This document shows positions 22,766-30,631 of a DNA stretch of 64,000 nt, one piece after another. This DNA is from Escherichia virus TH22, in sequence record MT446396.1; one strand, 5' to 3'. The position numbers were made by a program, and so were the translations under genes. Positions within the stretch are counted from its first letter, which is position 1. Each line of letters opens with the position of its first letter. The notes beneath the pieces were generated by a model that was not told the DNA's origin, did no database searches, and saw nothing but the letters and a program-made list of their open reading frames with translations.

Positions 22766-23365
22766 ATGTCAGGTTTATATAATCAAACTAACACGACTAA
22801 CTTTATATTAGAGGTAAGCGATTCAAACCTCACACAGACCTTTAAACTCAACGTTCAAGACGTTACCCTCCCAGGGGTTCACATCCCTGTGACAGATGTT
22901 CCTGGGGGAACACAAGGTATAAATCGCTCCAGTCTTCCTGGTAGTACAATAGAATTCGACCCACTGATTGTTAACTTTCTGTGTGACAAAGACCTAAGAG
23001 CATGGCTTGACATTTATAAATGGATGCTCTCGCTCAACAACTACATCACACACGAATCAAAAGCATGGCATCCGAAGGGTCGTCCCGAAGCGGTCACGCT
23101 TCATATCTTAGATAACAACAAGGACAAAATTGTCATGTCAATCCATTACTATGGAGCATGGCCGTCCGACCTGTCAGAGATTCAGTATTCATATAAAGAA
23201 GATTCTGACCCGGCTATCAATGCAACAGCAACTTTTAACTTTAAGTCTTTTGCTGTAGAAATTGATGGTATAATAATAGAAGGTAGACCACAGATTGATA
23301 GTAATGCAGCAATGCAACAGGAAATCAGGTCTAAGTCAATGCATCCATCTATGAGAAACGTATGA
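22766..23365 (+). CDS. 3: Tail completion/sheath stabilizer protein gp3 (by synteny)
   Basis: 199-aa ORF between genes 2 and 1 as in T4; no motif I can name, so assignment is positional. Confidence 0.65.
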   Translation: MSGLYNQTNTTNFILEVSDSNLTQTFKLNVQDVTLPGVHIPVTDVPGGTQGINRSSLPGSTIEFDPLIVNFLCDKDLRAWLDIYKWMLSLNNYITHESKAWHPKGRPEAVTLHILDNNKDKIVMSIHYYGAWPSDLSEIQYSYKEDSDPAINATATFNFKSFAVEIDGIIIEGRPQIDSNAAMQQEIRSKSMHPSMRNV

Positions 23366-24038
23366 AATTAATTGCGATTGTGGGTAAAAAACGCAGTGGT
23401 AAAGATACGACTGCTGATTATGTTATTAGTCAAAACGGAACAAAGTGGCAGCTTGCAGGTCCGATTAAAGAAGCGCTTTATAAAGCGTGGATTCGTCAAG
23501 ACCTGCCACACAATTTGACCCTGGAAAATTTTGATGGACAAGGTTATGACCGTGAAAAAACCTTGATAATGAACAACACCGAAGCTTATATTCTTCTGGT
23601 TGATGCTCTTGAATGGTTGAAACAACAATACAATCTTGACCTTCCGAATCCAGATATGGTTCGTAAAATCATTGAATTTCACACACTAAATAATGTTGAG
23701 CCCTGGACAGTTAGACGTTTCATGCAGACCCTTGGAACTGACATCGTTTGTACAGAGTTCGACAGCATGTTTTGGATTAAAACTTTTGCGTGCGATTATC
23801 TTGACAACCTCTATTCTGGATATAAATATTACGTTGTCCCAGATGTTCGTCAAAAGAACGAACTTGATTCGCTTCGGGCGATGGGTGCTACAATAATCTT
23901 TGTAGAGCGCGATGAAGCAAATCATTCTACTGATACACACATTACGGAAGCTGGACTTCCACCACTAGCTAGTGACATTGTTATTAAAAACGATGGCACA
24001 CTCGAAGAACTTTTTGATAAAATTAATAAGGTAATATA

Positions 24039-24039
<1 letters not shown>
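23362..24039 (+). CDS. 1: Deoxynucleoside monophosphate kinase gp1
   Basis: N-terminus MKLIAIVGKKRSGKDTTADYV...YQLAGPIKEALYKAW matches T4 gp1 P-loop region. Confidence 0.9.
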
Positions 24040-24730
<691 letters not shown>

Positions 24731-24790
24731 TGTACAAATGAGTGTAGGTGCAGTATTATGTTCCTACACCAACGAACAAACGGAGTTAAT
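24731..24790 (+). promoter_or_regulatory. Early promoter cassette with -10 inside inverted repeat
   Basis: TGTACA -35, 17-bp spacer, TATTAT -10 flanked by inverted repeat GTGTAGG...CCTACAC; precedes first internal-protein gene. Confidence 0.55.
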
Positions 24791-25123
24791 ATGAACATCA
24801 AAACTTACAACGAGTTTTTAGCCGAATCCGCCATCAATGAGACCAAATCAATTGATGATAGTGAAGGCTCTCTGAAATTTGGTTTAACCAAAAATGCAGA
24901 TGGTGTTTTCTTTCAGATTGGTAATGAACGTTTTCAAACGTCCAAATATTCCAAAGCTGCAGTTGAAGCTGTCCTGAAATCTGGTGGCAAGTGGAAAGGC
25001 AAAGAAGGTACTAAAGAAATTGGTATCGCTGTTGACGGTGGTATGGCTTATTTTAAAATTGGCGATGAACAATTTATTATGTCTGCTCGCGGACGTAAAG
25101 AACTGGCAAAACTTTATAAATAA
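24791..25123 (+). CDS. Internal protein (IP)-like, CTS variant MNIKTYNEFLAE
   Basis: N-terminus resembles the T4 capsid targeting sequence (MKTYQEFIAE) with a (L/I)xE protease site; first of five tandem genes; start chosen at internal Met of track ORF. Confidence 0.65.
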   Translation: MNIKTYNEFLAESAINETKSIDDSEGSLKFGLTKNADGVFFQIGNERFQTSKYSKAAVEAVLKSGGKWKGKEGTKEIGIAVDGGMAYFKIGDEQFIMSARGRKELAKLYK

Positions 25124-25131
25124 GGTTTCTT

Positions 25132-25404
25132 ATGAAAACTTTCAATGAATTTTTCAACGAGTCCCAACTGAATGAAGAAGTAAAAATTAGTAAAGCAGTC
25201 AAAGCTATGATTGACAATATCAATCACCTGTATAGCATTGACTTGACTGACCATATAACAATTGGTAACAAACGCAACTTTTTCGCGTTTGACATTTCAG
25301 AACTTGACCAGAACCAAATTAATAACATTGAGCGTTTTGCCAATGACAAGGGTCTCCGCCATGAGACAGCTGGTTATAAAAAATACGCAATTTATCTAAA
25401 ATAG
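25132..25404 (+). CDS. Internal protein-like, CTS variant MKTFNEFFNES
   Basis: CTS-like N-terminus; 8-nt spacer with RBS after previous gene. Confidence 0.6.
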   Translation: MKTFNEFFNESQLNEEVKISKAVKAMIDNINHLYSIDLTDHITIGNKRNFFAFDISELDQNQINNIERFANDKGLRHETAGYKKYAIYLK

Positions 25405-25412
25405 GATTTCAA

Positions 25413-25712
25413 ATGCAAACGCTCCATGAATTTTTGGTAGAAAACAATTATCTGGCAGAAGCAAAAACCTGGCCTCTGGGCCTTCAGAAGAAAAACACCT
25501 ACAAATGGGTTGACTTCAAAGGTAAAGGCGACGCTGAAGACTTTGACCAGCTGTGTAAAAATGGTTATACCTTCCTTGACTCTAACTATAATAAAATTAC
25601 CTCATTTAGTCAGAAATCCAGCATTGCATATATTGAAACTGGTAAGAACACCCCTAAGAACATCACTGACGACTTCGCAGCTTATGGCGTGATTCGCGGT
25701 TCAAAAATGTAA
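25413..25712 (+). CDS. Internal protein-like, divergent CTS (MQTLHEFLVENNYLAE)
   Basis: Weaker CTS match but same tandem context and spacing. Confidence 0.5.
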   Translation: MQTLHEFLVENNYLAEAKTWPLGLQKKNTYKWVDFKGKGDAEDFDQLCKNGYTFLDSNYNKITSFSQKSSIAYIETGKNTPKNITDDFAAYGVIRGSKM

Positions 25713-25766
25713 TGTACATGATGGGATAACTGCAGTATAATTATCCCATCAACTACTGGAGACAAC
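25712..25766 (+). promoter_or_regulatory. Early promoter cassette (PeSL-like)
   Basis: TGTACA -35, TATAAT -10 within inverted repeat GGGATAA...TTATCCC, conserved leader CATCAACTACTGGAGACAAC then ATG. Confidence 0.7.
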
Positions 25767-26009
25767 ATGAAAACTTATCAAACATTTATAACAGAATCTT
25801 CCCATGGTATGGAAGTTAAACTTGGTCAAGCCCTTGCTGAAGCAGAGCGCCTGTTTGCACGTATCAAAGAACTTGCTGATTCTGTAGATGCATCATCTTT
25901 TAAAGGCGACCAGGGTAAAGTTAAAGCTCTCCTTGCTCTTTGTTCTGATGCAGGCGAAATTGCTAAGAATGGTACCAAGATGAAAAAACGCCTAGAAGAC
26001 TTAAAATAA
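25767..26009 (+). CDS. Internal protein-like, CTS MKTYQTFITES
   Basis: Near-exact CTS; 80 aa; own promoter cassette. Confidence 0.75.
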   Translation: MKTYQTFITESSHGMEVKLGQALAEAERLFARIKELADSVDASSFKGDQGKVKALLALCSDAGEIAKNGTKMKKRLEDLK

Positions 26010-26064
26010 GTATACATGATGGGATAACTGCAGTATAATTATCCCATCAACTACTGGAGACAAC
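26010..26064 (+). promoter_or_regulatory. Early promoter cassette, exact duplicate of 25716-25766
   Basis: Identical sequence ACATGATGGGATAACTGCAGTATAATTATCCCATCAACTACTGGAGACAAC. Confidence 0.7.
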
Positions 26065-26298
26065 ATGAAAACTTATCAAGAATTTATTAATGAAACTGCT
26101 GATGTTAAAGTGCAATTCATTTACACCGGCAAGAAAGATAAAATGGGCGAAATGCCTTATGGAACTCTCCGCGACGCCTTAGATAATTACGGTCAGCTCG
26201 GCGGTGAAGAGTTTGGGGACTATTTTGTTATCCAGGGTCCGGCAGAAGTTATCGAGAAATGGGCTAACAAGTATAAATCAATTTTCCGTAAAAAATAA
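26065..26298 (+). CDS. Internal protein-like, CTS MKTYQEFINET
   Basis: CTS nearly identical to T4 IP consensus; 77 aa. Confidence 0.75.
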   Translation: MKTYQEFINETADVKVQFIYTGKKDKMGEMPYGTLRDALDNYGQLGGEEFGDYFVIQGPAEVIEKWANKYKSIFRKK

Positions 26299-26357
26299 GT
26301 GTACTTTTAGATATGGGATAGTGTATAATTATCCCATCAACTACTGAGGAGAATAAA
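26299..26357 (+). promoter_or_regulatory. Early promoter cassette (PeSL-like)
   Basis: GTGTAC -35, TATAAT -10 within GGGATAG...TATCCC inverted repeat, leader CATCAACTACTGAGGAGAATAAA. Confidence 0.7.
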
Positions 26358-26543
26358 ATGAAACGTTGCGAATTAATTAGAAATGTTACTGCCCTTGTTG
26401 CTGTTACCGCTTTTGGTTTTAGCATGTTTGCTGGCTTTATGTTGAATATGCTTTCAACTTCTGAGAATATAATCTCTTTAGTAGTTGCATTCTTAATTGG
26501 TTCAATCTCTTTCGTTATGGATAAAATCTCTAAAGGTGAATAA
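26358..26543 (+). CDS. Small hydrophobic membrane protein
   Basis: 61 aa, two hydrophobic segments; directly after a promoter cassette. Confidence 0.6.
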   Translation: MKRCELIRNVTALVAVTAFGFSMFAGFMLNMLSTSENIISLVVAFLIGSISFVMDKISKGE

Positions 26544-26950
26544 TGAACGTTGAATATTATGTATATGCAGATTATGAAAATAATCCGTCTAAAGATGAAG
26601 ATAATCGTTTAGGTGTAGATGCTTTCGATTCCCCTGCTGCCGCGTGGCAATGGGTTGAAAGAACCGATATTCCTTACCGTTATATTGAAGTGGTCGACCA
26701 CGCAGGAAACAAGTATCCTAAGGAAGCATATGTTCCTTCTGGGAAGGTGAATTTCCTTCTGTTTGCAGGTGATAACTATTATCCACGCGGTGGGTATACC
26801 GATTTAATCGCTAAAGCATTTTCTGAAGATGAACTGCGTGAAATTATAGAACAGAACAGTAGAAAACCGATGTATGGTTCTGACCGTTTTGACTGGTGGC
26901 AAATTGTTAATGCCAATACCCATACTGTTGTTGATGAGGGTTGTTTATGA
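26543..26950 (+). CDS. Hypothetical protein
   Basis: 135-aa ORF, start overlaps previous stop (TAATG); no recognisable motif. Confidence 0.55.
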   Translation: MNVEYYVYADYENNPSKDEDNRLGVDAFDSPAAAWQWVERTDIPYRYIEVVDHAGNKYPKEAYVPSGKVNFLLFAGDNYYPRGGYTDLIAKAFSEDELREIIEQNSRKPMYGSDRFDWWQIVNANTHTVVDEGCL

Positions 26951-27423
26951 ATATTAAATTTGGACAGACTATCCCTAAAGGTTATGTTGTTGAAATTGAA
27001 ACCTGGGAAAATGACGGTGATAACTATAAAACCCAGACAATATTTGGTGTAGAAGAACAAGAAATCCAACAGTACAAATATATCCTAGAACTTTTCCATG
27101 GTTCGCATTGCAACAACCCGGATAAATGTGGTAATTCAGAATGGGACGTAGTTAAAGACTTTATTATCGCACACATTGAATCTGGTGTAAAATCTGGCCA
27201 ATTAACTCCTGAATTCATTAACAAAACACTTTGTATTGAAAATCTGGAAAACCTGGTTGAAGGTGGCAATGGCCAGGAATTTGAATTATTGTGTTCTCTC
27301 CAGGAATTGCTGGGCGAGCCGGTGGAATATGATAGCGTTTTGCGCGTAGTTTCGTGGGTAAAATTATACATCATCGAAGAAGAAATCCAAATACCAAACG
27401 TTAAAGCACTTGATATGCTTTAA
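26947..27423 (+). CDS. Hypothetical protein
   Basis: ATG at 26947 overlaps previous stop (ATGA); track ORF start at 26941 is a non-ATG codon. Confidence 0.55.
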   Translation: MNIKFGQTIPKGYVVEIETWENDGDNYKTQTIFGVEEQEIQQYKYILELFHGSHCNNPDKCGNSEWDVVKDFIIAHIESGVKSGQLTPEFINKTLCIENLENLVEGGNGQEFELLCSLQELLGEPVEYDSVLRVVSWVKLYIIEEEIQIPNVKALDML

Positions 27424-27501
27424 TAAAAACGCGTTATTATTAATAAGTACCCTCTATTACCAAAGGTTCTTCCCTCAAAGAGCCTTTCATAATAGAATTA
27501 A

Positions 27502-27575
27502 GGCCCTGTAGCTGGACGGTCAAGCGAGCGACTCATAATCGCTGGATGGTGGTTCGATTCCACCCAGGGCCACCA
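27502..27575 (+). tRNA. tRNA with anticodon CAT (Met, or Ile if lysidine-modified)
   Basis: Cloverleaf folds by hand: acceptor GGCCCTG/CAGGGCC, D-loop with GG, anticodon stem AGCGA/TCGCT, loop CTCATAA, T-arm GGTGG-TTCGATT-CCACC, encoded CCA. Confidence 0.85.
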
Positions 27576-27593
27576 AACTTATTTTAAATTATC

Positions 27594-27701
27594 ATGGCGA
27601 TAGGTATTGTAGATGCGGTTCGATTCCGTCCGGGGTAAGTGCCCTAGCATGCTTGGAGCATGAGTGACTTAATATTGGTGGTTCGAGTCCACCCCGCTAT
27701 G
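27594..27701 (+). ncRNA. Non-canonical tRNA-like element (two T-arm-like motifs)
   Basis: Contains GCGG-TTCGATT-CCGT and GGTGG-TTCGAGT-CCACC T-arm-like hairpins, but no 5' acceptor pairs at tRNA distance; could be a stable small RNA or decayed tRNA. Confidence 0.3.
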
Positions 27702-27709
27702 AACAAACA

Positions 27710-27785
27710 CGAGGCATAGCTCAGAAGGAAGAGCAAGGACCTTCTAAGTCCTAGGTCGTAGGTTCGATTCCTACTGTCTCGACCA
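27710..27785 (+). tRNA. tRNA-Arg (anticodon TCT)
   Basis: Acceptor CGAGGCA/TGTCTCG, D-arm GCTC...GAGC, anticodon stem AGGAC/GTCCT with loop CTTCTAA, T-arm GTAGG-TTCGATT-CCTAC, encoded CCA. Confidence 0.9.
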
Positions 27786-27958
27786 AACAAGAAACCGGGT
27801 CGCTACCGGTAAGTCGTCGGACTGAAGTTCCCTGTTTAAGGACTGGCATTAATAAATCTTTACGATTTGTTGATGTCCCCTTATATCACAGCTGAAACGG
27901 CGCACCTAATTAACGATTCGAGGAAATATCTTTGCCGTAAGCCGAGTAGCGTTTTTGA

Positions 27959-28050
27959 CGGAACGTTCGGATATGGTCGAGATATGGCCTTTTAAAAATA
28001 TTGAGTAGCGTCAACTACTTGATAACCGGGTTCAAATCCCGGCGTTTCGT
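27959..28050 (+). ncRNA. Non-canonical tRNA-like element
   Basis: Perfect T-arm CCGGG-TTCAAAT-CCCGG plus acceptor-like 3' strand pairing with CGGAACG 92 nt upstream, but no valid D or anticodon arms; internal hairpin GAGTAG-N6-CTACTT. Confidence 0.3.
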
Positions 28051-28100
28051 ACAAACACTTGCCTAGCAGGTGGAACCCCGACAAGGTTGCCACAAGGTAT

Positions 28101-28129
28101 AGCCCCTTCCGAAAGGTTGGGGCTTTTTT
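28101..28129 (+). terminator. Rho-independent terminator after tRNA region
   Basis: AGCCCC-loop-GGGGCT hairpin followed by TTTTTT; a TATAAATA motif follows at 28129-28136. Confidence 0.55.
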
Positions 28130-28162
28130 ATAAATATAACGTACCCATAACTAAGGAAATTT

Positions 28163-28717
28163 ATGAAACTTTTAAAATATCTAAGCTGGATTCTGTTAGT
28201 ACCACTGGATTTCATTTCAATGATTCTGGCTGTTATCCTTGCACCATTTGTAGTGCCGTTCCATAACAAAAAGACTGGTAAGCTTCCGTTCGGATTTGAC
28301 TGGATGATGACATACGATAATCCAATTGATGGTGACCGTGGTCATGTTAAACGCTGGGAAAAAATCAGAAAATGGCCGTTAGGCGTTTACTTCCAGCGAG
28401 TGGCCTGGCTCTGGCGAAACAAAGCCTACAATTTTGCTTATCATAAGCTGGGCCGCGATTGCGATTCTAAATTCCATTATAAAGGTAATCCTGATGTTGA
28501 ATCGGGCTCCCCGGATAAAGCTCACCATGGCTGGCTCTGGATGTGGAATGATAATGCATGGGGCGTGTTCGCTTCCGTACCTTATCTTAAAGTTGGTGGA
28601 ATCACCTTTTATCTGCGCGTGTATTGCGGTTGGAAGCTCAAAAGTCTTCTGTCCCGTCCTATCCCGAAAGCTATGTTAGCCTTTCATATCAATCCCTTCC
28701 GTTTTTATAAGAACTAA
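28163..28717 (+). CDS. Hypothetical membrane protein
   Basis: 184 aa, hydrophobic N-terminal segment; RBS GGAAATTTATG. Confidence 0.6.
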   Translation: MKLLKYLSWILLVPLDFISMILAVILAPFVVPFHNKKTGKLPFGFDWMMTYDNPIDGDRGHVKRWEKIRKWPLGVYFQRVAWLWRNKAYNFAYHKLGRDCDSKFHYKGNPDVESGSPDKAHHGWLWMWNDNAWGVFASVPYLKVGGITFYLRVYCGWKLKSLLSRPIPKAMLAFHINPFRFYKN

Positions 28718-28720
28718 TCA

Positions 28721-28746
28721 AACCCGCTCCGGCGGGTTTATTTTTA
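28721..28746 (+). terminator. Rho-independent terminator
   Basis: AACCCGC-TCCG-GCGGGTT hairpin followed by TTTATTTTT. Confidence 0.7.
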
Positions 28747-28764
28747 ATATTTCTTCAAAAAGTA

Positions 28765-28844
28765 GTGTACATCCGAATTGACCGGGTGCATAATGATTCC
28801 ATACTGAGTTACACACTGAATCACAAAAACTTTGGAGAAATAAA
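28765..28844 (+). promoter_or_regulatory. Early promoter cassette (B-type)
   Basis: GTGTAC -35, CATAAT -10, leader GATTCCATACTGAGTTAC...GGAGAAATAAA. Confidence 0.65.
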
Positions 28845-29270
28845 ATGAACTTTCTGACCCTGACCTCTGCATTTTCTGTTACCCGCATCACTAACAAAAT
28901 GGTTGCTGACGAAGTATGTGAAATCTGCATTCGTGAAGATGCACTTATCCATCTGACTTCAACCCAGATTGTTGCCATCGCTAAGTCCCTTAATTCTGAA
29001 CTGAAGGTAAACACCAAACAGTCAAAAGAATCCATCATTGAATTAATCCAAGCTGAAATGATTGAATTCCCAATTGAAGAAGTTAAAGAAGAAAAAATCC
29101 AGTCCAAATCTGGTAACGCCCGTGACATTTGCTTCCAGGCATTTGCAGAAATTGATATGAATGATAATGCAGCTCGCCGCGCTCTGATTGATGTTCTGGT
29201 TACCACCCATGATATCAAAAAGACTGTTGTTCAGTCATATGCTTCCAACTTCCGCAAAGCTCAAAAATAA
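28845..29270 (+). CDS. Hypothetical protein, paralog of 29723 (shared C-terminal domain)
   Basis: C-terminus ICFQAFAEIDMNDNAARRALIDVLV...VVQSYASNFRKAQK closely parallels the 29723 protein. Confidence 0.7.
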   Translation: MNFLTLTSAFSVTRITNKMVADEVCEICIREDALIHLTSTQIVAIAKSLNSELKVNTKQSKESIIELIQAEMIEFPIEEVKEEKIQSKSGNARDICFQAFAEIDMNDNAARRALIDVLVTTHDIKKTVVQSYASNFRKAQK

Positions 29271-29281
29271 TTGAGAAAAGT

Positions 29282-29352
29282 GTTTTACTTCCAGGTGGGA
29301 TAGTGTATAATTATCCCATACTGAGTTGCCAAATAAAACACTGGAGAATAAA
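29282..29352 (+). promoter_or_regulatory. Early promoter cassette (hybrid type)
   Basis: GTTTTAC -35, TATAAT -10 in GGGATAG...TATCCC inverted repeat, B-type leader ending CTGGAGAATAAA. Confidence 0.65.
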
Positions 29353-29649
29353 ATGTTTAACGCACCTGCATGGCACGCTACCCAAGCTCAAGAAGAAAAC
29401 AAAGCAATCATTTCTGCTAAAATTGAAGCTCAACTGAATGAATTGTGCGAAACTGCTTCTGAAGAAGTTGTTGCAATCATCAAACAGTATCCTGCATCCA
29501 ACTATTCTCTGGCATGCATTAAAACAGAAATGGTTAACTTATGGCGCAAGAACAAGAAAACTTTCTTGGGTATGCAGTATCAAGCAATTGCATCTGCAGT
29601 AGTAAACATGTATGACTTTGAAGTTTATTTCCCAACTTCTGAAAATTAA
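29353..29649 (+). CDS. Hypothetical protein
   Basis: Start at ATG after cassette leader (internal Met of track ORF); 98 aa. Confidence 0.6.
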   Translation: MFNAPAWHATQAQEENKAIISAKIEAQLNELCETASEEVVAIIKQYPASNYSLACIKTEMVNLWRKNKKTFLGMQYQAIASAVVNMYDFEVYFPTSEN

Positions 29650-29650
29650 T

Positions 29651-29722
29651 GTGTACTTTGGAATTTGACTAAGGCATAATGATTCCATACTGAGTTACCA
29701 AATAAACAAACGGGATAATAAA
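29651..29722 (+). promoter_or_regulatory. Early promoter cassette (B-type)
   Basis: GTGTAC -35, CATAAT -10, leader GATTCCATACTGAGTTACCAAATAAAC. Confidence 0.65.
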
Positions 29723-30166
29723 ATGAAAACTTCAAAACTGGTTAAGTACGTTAAACTGGCATTAAACAACTCTTCTGAAGCTGAAGCACAATCCGCAGCA
29801 CGTATGTTCTTCAAACGTCTGACAGCTGAAGGTATTTCATTTAACCCGGCAGTATTTGGTATCACTCGTGGCGAAGCTGTTAAACTGGCAACTCTGGCAG
29901 GTAAAATTTTTAAAGGTCTGAATGATGGACAGGTTAAAGCAGAAGTTAAACCTACTCCTAAAGCTGAACCAAAAGCTGAGCGTAAGGCACCTAAACGCTC
30001 CGGTATGAGCAACAAAGATTTATGCTATGATATGTTCAAAACTGTTAATATGTCTAATGGTGCCGCTCGTAGGGCTGTTATTGATATGATTGTGCGTGAG
30101 TTTGGATTCAACAAAGCATCAGTTCAGTCTTATGCTTCCAACTTCCGCAAAGAATTTGAAATTTAA
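29723..30166 (+). CDS. Hypothetical protein, paralog of 28845 (shared C-terminal domain)
   Basis: C-terminus LCYDMFKTVNMSNGAARRAVIDMIV...SVQSYASNFRKEFEI; Lys/Ala/Pro-rich linker. Confidence 0.7.
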   Translation: MKTSKLVKYVKLALNNSSEAEAQSAARMFFKRLTAEGISFNPAVFGITRGEAVKLATLAGKIFKGLNDGQVKAEVKPTPKAEPKAERKAPKRSGMSNKDLCYDMFKTVNMSNGAARRAVIDMIVREFGFNKASVQSYASNFRKEFEI

Positions 30167-30174
30167 TTCAAAAA

Positions 30175-30249
30175 GGGGGTATACAAGCCCCCTGCTTTAA
30201 GGCATAATGATTCCATACTGAGTTACACAATAAAACACTGGAGAATAAA
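30175..30249 (+). promoter_or_regulatory. Early promoter cassette with -35 in hairpin loop
   Basis: GGGGG-TATACAA-GCCCCC stem-loop carrying the -35, then CATAAT -10 and B-type leader. Confidence 0.65.
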
Positions 30250-30555
30250 ATGAAATTCATCATCAACCTGGCGCTTGTTGACTTTGATAAAACTGGTAAT
30301 TTCGCATCTGCTGAAAATATGATTCGTAACACCAAGTTTAAAGTGCAAGTTCAACAGGCGGTAGCAAAAGAGTTCTTTACTGATAAATTAACTAACGTTG
30401 TTAATCACCTGAATGTGCAAGTTAAATTTACTCGTGAAGCAGAAACTACTGTTGCATTTGATTTTGACTGCCAATACCATGATGAATATGTTCGCCGTAT
30501 CCTGGATATTGTGTCTGATGAACTTTACTATGGTGTGCAGGAAAATAAAATCTAA
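30250..30555 (+). CDS. Hypothetical protein
   Basis: 101 aa directly after cassette. Confidence 0.6.
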   Translation: MKFIINLALVDFDKTGNFASAENMIRNTKFKVQVQQAVAKEFFTDKLTNVVNHLNVQVKFTREAETTVAFDFDCQYHDEYVRRILDIVSDELYYGVQENKI

Positions 30556-30559
30556 ATCA

Positions 30560-30631
30560 GTGTACACTTTAATGGGAACATGATAGTATGTTCCCTGGAT
30601 AATAAAACATTAACCAACTGAAGGAAATACC
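30560..30631 (+). promoter_or_regulatory. Early promoter cassette
   Basis: GTGTAC -35; TAGTAT -10 inside inverted repeat GGGAACAT...ATGTTCCC. Confidence 0.65.

Noticed and set aside
27594-28050. Calling the two tRNA-like elements canonical tRNAs
   Set aside because: Only T-arm and acceptor-like 3' strands are present; D and anticodon arms cannot be formed at standard spacing, so they are reported as low-confidence ncRNA candidates.
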